From a virus (taxonomy: Duplodnaviria; Heunggongvirae; Uroviricota; Caudoviricetes), in IMG/VR virus record IMGVR_UViG_648276671_000014: a stretch of DNA of 24,740 bases; one strand, 5' to 3'. Under the pieces are notes generated by a model that was not told the origin of the DNA, did no database searches, and was given only the letters and a program-made list of their open reading frames with translations. Positions 22,001-24,740 of the stretch are shown here, one piece after another. Positions within the stretch are counted from its first letter, which is position 1. Each line of letters opens with the position of its first letter. A program made the translations under genes and the position numbers.

Positions 22001-22895
22001 CCTTTCGCAGTTGCCTGCACCGCAGATTGTGGATGTGCCGGACTTTGAGACGCTGCTTGCCGAACGCAAGGCAGAATTTGTGGCGCTTCATCCGAAAGAT
22101 GAGCAGGAAGCCGTGATCCGCACGCTGGAACTGGAATCTGAACCCGTCACTAAATTGTTGCAGGAGAACGCTTACCGTGAGTTGCTTCTGCGCCAGCGCA
22201 TTAACGAAGCCGCGCAGGCGGTGATGGTGGCTTACGCGATGGGCGGCGATCTTGACCAGCTCGCTGCCAACTACAACGTGACACGCCTGACGGTGACGCC
22301 TGCTGATAATGATGCTGTGCCGCCCGTTGCAGCTGTGATGGAAAGCGATGAAGCGTTACGCCTGCGTGTGCCTGCAGCCTTTGAAGGGCTTTCTGTTGCG
22401 GGGCCAACTGCAGCTTATGAATTTCATGCCCGAAGCGCCGACGGTCGGGTGGCGGATGCCAGTGCAACCAGCCCGGCACCTGCAGTGGTGGTGCTGACTG
22501 TCCTTAGCCGCGAAGGCGATGGAACTGCAGAAAAAGACCTGCTGGACGTGGTGGAAAAAGCTCTGAACAGTGAGAACGTCCGCCCGGTGGCTGACCGTCT
22601 GACGGTTCGCAGCGCAGAAATCATCCCGTATCGCGTGGAAGCCACCATTTTTCTCTATCCGGGACCGGAAGCAGAGCCGGTAATGGCAGCGGCAAAAGCC
22701 AGCCTGCAGAAGTACATCGCCAGTCAGACGCGTCTTGGTCGGGATATTCGCCGTAGCGCCATCTTTGCCGCCCTGCATGTTGAGGGTGTGCAGCGTGTGG
22801 AGCTGGCGTCTCCTCTGGCGGATGTGGTCCTGAACAAAACACAGGCGGCATCATGTACGCAGTGGAGCGTGACCAACGGAGGAACGGATGAATAG
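21987..22895 (+). CDS. J: Baseplate wedge protein (P2 gpJ)
   Basis: 302 aa, the same length as P2 gpJ. SD CAGGAG before ATG 21987. MAVIDLSQLPAPQIVD... is a typical gpJ start. Confidence 0.9.
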   Translation: MAVIDLSQLPAPQIVDVPDFETLLAERKAEFVALHPKDEQEAVIRTLELESEPVTKLLQENAYRELLLRQRINEAAQAVMVAYAMGGDLDQLAANYNVTRLTVTPADNDAVPPVAAVMESDEALRLRVPAAFEGLSVAGPTAAYEFHARSADGRVADASATSPAPAVVVLTVLSREGDGTAEKDLLDVVEKALNSENVRPVADRLTVRSAEIIPYRVEATIFLYPGPEAEPVMAAAKASLQKYIASQTRLGRDIRRSAIFAALHVEGVQRVELASPLADVVLNKTQAASCTQWSVTNGGTDE

Positions 22896-23493
22896 TCTGC
22901 TGCCACCGGGGTCAACTTCACTGGAGCGCCGACTGGCGCAAACCTGTAGCGGGATTTCTGATCTGCAGGTGCCGCTGCGTGACTTGTGGAATCCGGCTAC
23001 CTGTCCGGTCAGCTTCCTACCTTATCTCGCCTGGGCGTTCTCTGTGGATCGCTGGGACGAGGGCTGGACAGAAAGCGTCAAACGCCAGGTAGTGAAGGAT
23101 GCTTTTTATATTCATCAGCATAAAGGAACCACCAGTGCCGTGCGGCGGGTGGTGGAACCGTTCGGATTCCTGATCCGCATTATTGAGTGGTGGCAGACCG
23201 GAGAAACACCGGGCACGTTTCGCCTGGATATCGGCGTGCAGGACCAGGGCATCACTGAAGATACCTATCTGGAACTTGAGCGGCTGATAAGCGATGCCAA
23301 ACCATGTAGCCGTCACATGATCGGCATGTCCATCAATCTGCAGACCAGCGGTCCGCATTGGGTGGGGGCCGCCAGCTATCTTGGCGAAGAAATCACGATC
23401 TATCCGTATATCAACGAAACAATTATTTCTGGCGGCACCGCGCATGAAGGCGGGGCGGTCCATGTTATTGACACAATGAGAGTGAATCCATGA
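22888..23493 (+). CDS. I: Baseplate/tail-fibre attachment protein (P2 gpI)
   Basis: 201 aa. MNSLLPPGSTSLERRLA...FLPYLAWAFSVDRWDEGW is typical of gpI. Overlaps the J stop. Confidence 0.85.
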   Translation: MNSLLPPGSTSLERRLAQTCSGISDLQVPLRDLWNPATCPVSFLPYLAWAFSVDRWDEGWTESVKRQVVKDAFYIHQHKGTTSAVRRVVEPFGFLIRIIEWWQTGETPGTFRLDIGVQDQGITEDTYLELERLISDAKPCSRHMIGMSINLQTSGPHWVGAASYLGEEITIYPYINETIISGGTAHEGGAVHVIDTMRVNP

Positions 23494-24740
23494 GCACAAA
23501 ATTTTATACCCTGCTGACGGATATTGGCGCGGCGAAACTTGCCAGCGCCGCCGCGCTCGGTGTGCCGCTAAAAATTACCCATATGGCGGTCGGCGATGGC
23601 GGCGGAGTATTGCCAACGCCAGACTCAAAGCAGACTGCACTGGTAAATGAGAAACGCCGGGCTGCGCTGAATATGCTCTATATCGACCCGCAGAACAGCA
23701 GCCAGATTATTGCCGAACAGGTGATCCCTGAAAACGAGGGCGGTTGGTGGATACGTGAAGTGGGCTTGTTTGATGAGTCCGGGGCATTGATTGCCGTGGG
23801 CAACTGCCCGGAAAGCTATAAGCCGCAACTGGCTGAAGGTAGCGGGCGCACTCAGACCGTGCGCATGGTGCTGATTACCAGCAGCACGGACAATATCACC
23901 CTGAAAATCGACCCTGCCGTAGTGCTGGCAACCCGCAAGTATGTGGATGACAAGGCACTGGAGCTGAAGGTGTACGCGGATGATCAGATGGCAAAACATC
24001 TTGCCGCACCGGACCCGCATTCACAGTATGCACCCAAAGAAAGTCCGACGTTTACCGGGACACCCAAAGCGCCAACGCCAGCCGCAGGGAATAACACCAC
24101 GCAGATTGCGACCACCGCGTTTGTTCAGGCGGCTCTGACGGCTCTTATTAATGGTGCGCCAGCCACGCTGGACACGCTGAAAGAAATAGCCGCAGCCATT
24201 AACAATGATCCGAAATTCAGTACCACCATTAACAATGCGCTGGCACTGAAAGCGCCGCTGTCGAGTCCGGCACTCACCGGAACGCCAACCGCACCTACTG
24301 CGGCACAGTCGGTCAACAATACACAGATTGCCACCACGGCATTTGTGAAGTCGGCGATTGCGGCAATGGTGGGTTCTGCACCTGCGGCACTGGATACACT
24401 GAACGAACTGGCGGCAGCGCTGGGGAATGACCCGAACTTTGCCACGACAATGCTTAATGCGCTGGCAGGTAAACAACCGCTGGACAATACGCTGACTAAT
24501 TTGAGTGGAAAGGATGTAGCTGGTCTTCTCACATACCTTGGTTTGGGAGAAGGTTCGGCATTACCCGTTGGGGTGCCTGTTCCGTGGCCTTCAGCCACTC
24601 CGCCAACAGGCTGGCTGAAATGCAATGGTGCGGCTTTTTCTGCTGAAGAATACCCGGAACTGACAAAGGCTTACCCGACTAATAAATTGCCTGATTTACG
24701 CGGTGAATTTATTCGTGGCTGGGATGACGGCGGGGATTGA
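23490..24740 (+). CDS. H: Tail fibre protein (P2 gpH-like N-terminus, Mu/P1-type distal part), ends at the last codon of the window
   Basis: The N-terminus MSTKFYTLLTDIGAAKLASAAA...MAVGDGGG parallels P2 gpH. Internal fibre repeats are present. TGA at 24738-24740 falls inside the conserved distal motif (see findings). Confidence 0.85.
   Translation: MSTKFYTLLTDIGAAKLASAAALGVPLKITHMAVGDGGGVLPTPDSKQTALVNEKRRAALNMLYIDPQNSSQIIAEQVIPENEGGWWIREVGLFDESGALIAVGNCPESYKPQLAEGSGRTQTVRMVLITSSTDNITLKIDPAVVLATRKYVDDKALELKVYADDQMAKHLAAPDPHSQYAPKESPTFTGTPKAPTPAAGNNTTQIATTAFVQAALTALINGAPATLDTLKEIAAAINNDPKFSTTINNALALKAPLSSPALTGTPTAPTAAQSVNNTQIATTAFVKSAIAAMVGSAPAALDTLNELAAALGNDPNFATTMLNALAGKQPLDNTLTNLSGKDVAGLLTYLGLGEGSALPVGVPVPWPSATPPTGWLKCNGAAFSAEEYPELTKAYPTNKLPDLRGEFIRGWDDGGD
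24042..24482 (+). repeat. Two tandem ~73-aa tail-fibre repeat modules within H
   Basis: SPTFTGTPKAPTPAAGNNTTQIATTAFVQAAL..APATLDTLKEIAAAINNDPKFSTTINNALALKAPL versus SPALTGTPTAPTAAQSVNNTQIATTAFVKSAI..APAALDTLNELAAALGNDPNFATTMLNALAGKQPL. Confidence 0.7.

Larger units (their letters stand above)
1..24740. mobile_element. P2/186-family temperate phage (prophage) segment: int, immunity, early/replication, cos, head, lysis, baseplate and tail-fibre modules
   Basis: Gene order and protein sequences match the P2 layout (int C/cI cox/apl ... A ... cos Q P | O N M L X lysis R S | V W J I H). A cos-like 19-mer is present. High-GC backbone is interrupted by AT-rich cargo islands. Confidence 0.9.

Noticed and set aside
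1-24740. Search for CRISPR arrays, IS elements or transposases, rRNA, canonical tRNAs and attachment-site repeats
   Set aside because: None were seen. The window starts at the int stop codon, so attL/attP lies outside it. The only direct repeats found are those listed as features.

Overview
The whole window is one contiguous P2/186-family temperate myovirus prophage of the Enterobacteriaceae type. It starts at the stop codon of the integrase. The order is int, a small secreted-protein moron, 186-type cI, a divergent pR-like promoter, then apl/cII/fil-like early genes, a TraR-like zinc finger, dam and replication endonuclease A. Next come a LexA-boxed small ORF plus a DinI-like gene, an AT-rich cargo cassette and the cos site. 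More AT-rich cargo follows (a tRNA-like leader and a HEPN gene). Then Q and P run leftward, O N M L X, (pin)holin, SAR endolysin, lysB/lysC, R and S run rightward, an antisense AT-rich DUF262 gene sits in the S-V gap, and V W J I H close the window. I found no rRNA, canonical tRNA, CRISPR array or IS/transposase. The backbone is ordinary; the interest lies in the cargo. (1) Between cos and the portal gene, a predicted promoter drives a tRNA-like cloverleaf and a 16-bp hairpin directly in front of a HEPN (RNKIAH) protein. (2) A DUF262 protein with a Schlafen/AlbA_2-like C-terminus sits in the S-V (P2 orf30-equivalent) gap. (3) A coupled small-protein and multi-TM-protein cassette lies in the tin/old-equivalent hotspot. 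Three reading-frame breaks (membrane protein, lysB, tail fibre H) all fall at mononucleotide runs, so they may be decay, phase variation or sequencing error. All homology statements come from motif recognition by eye and remembered family features, not from searches.
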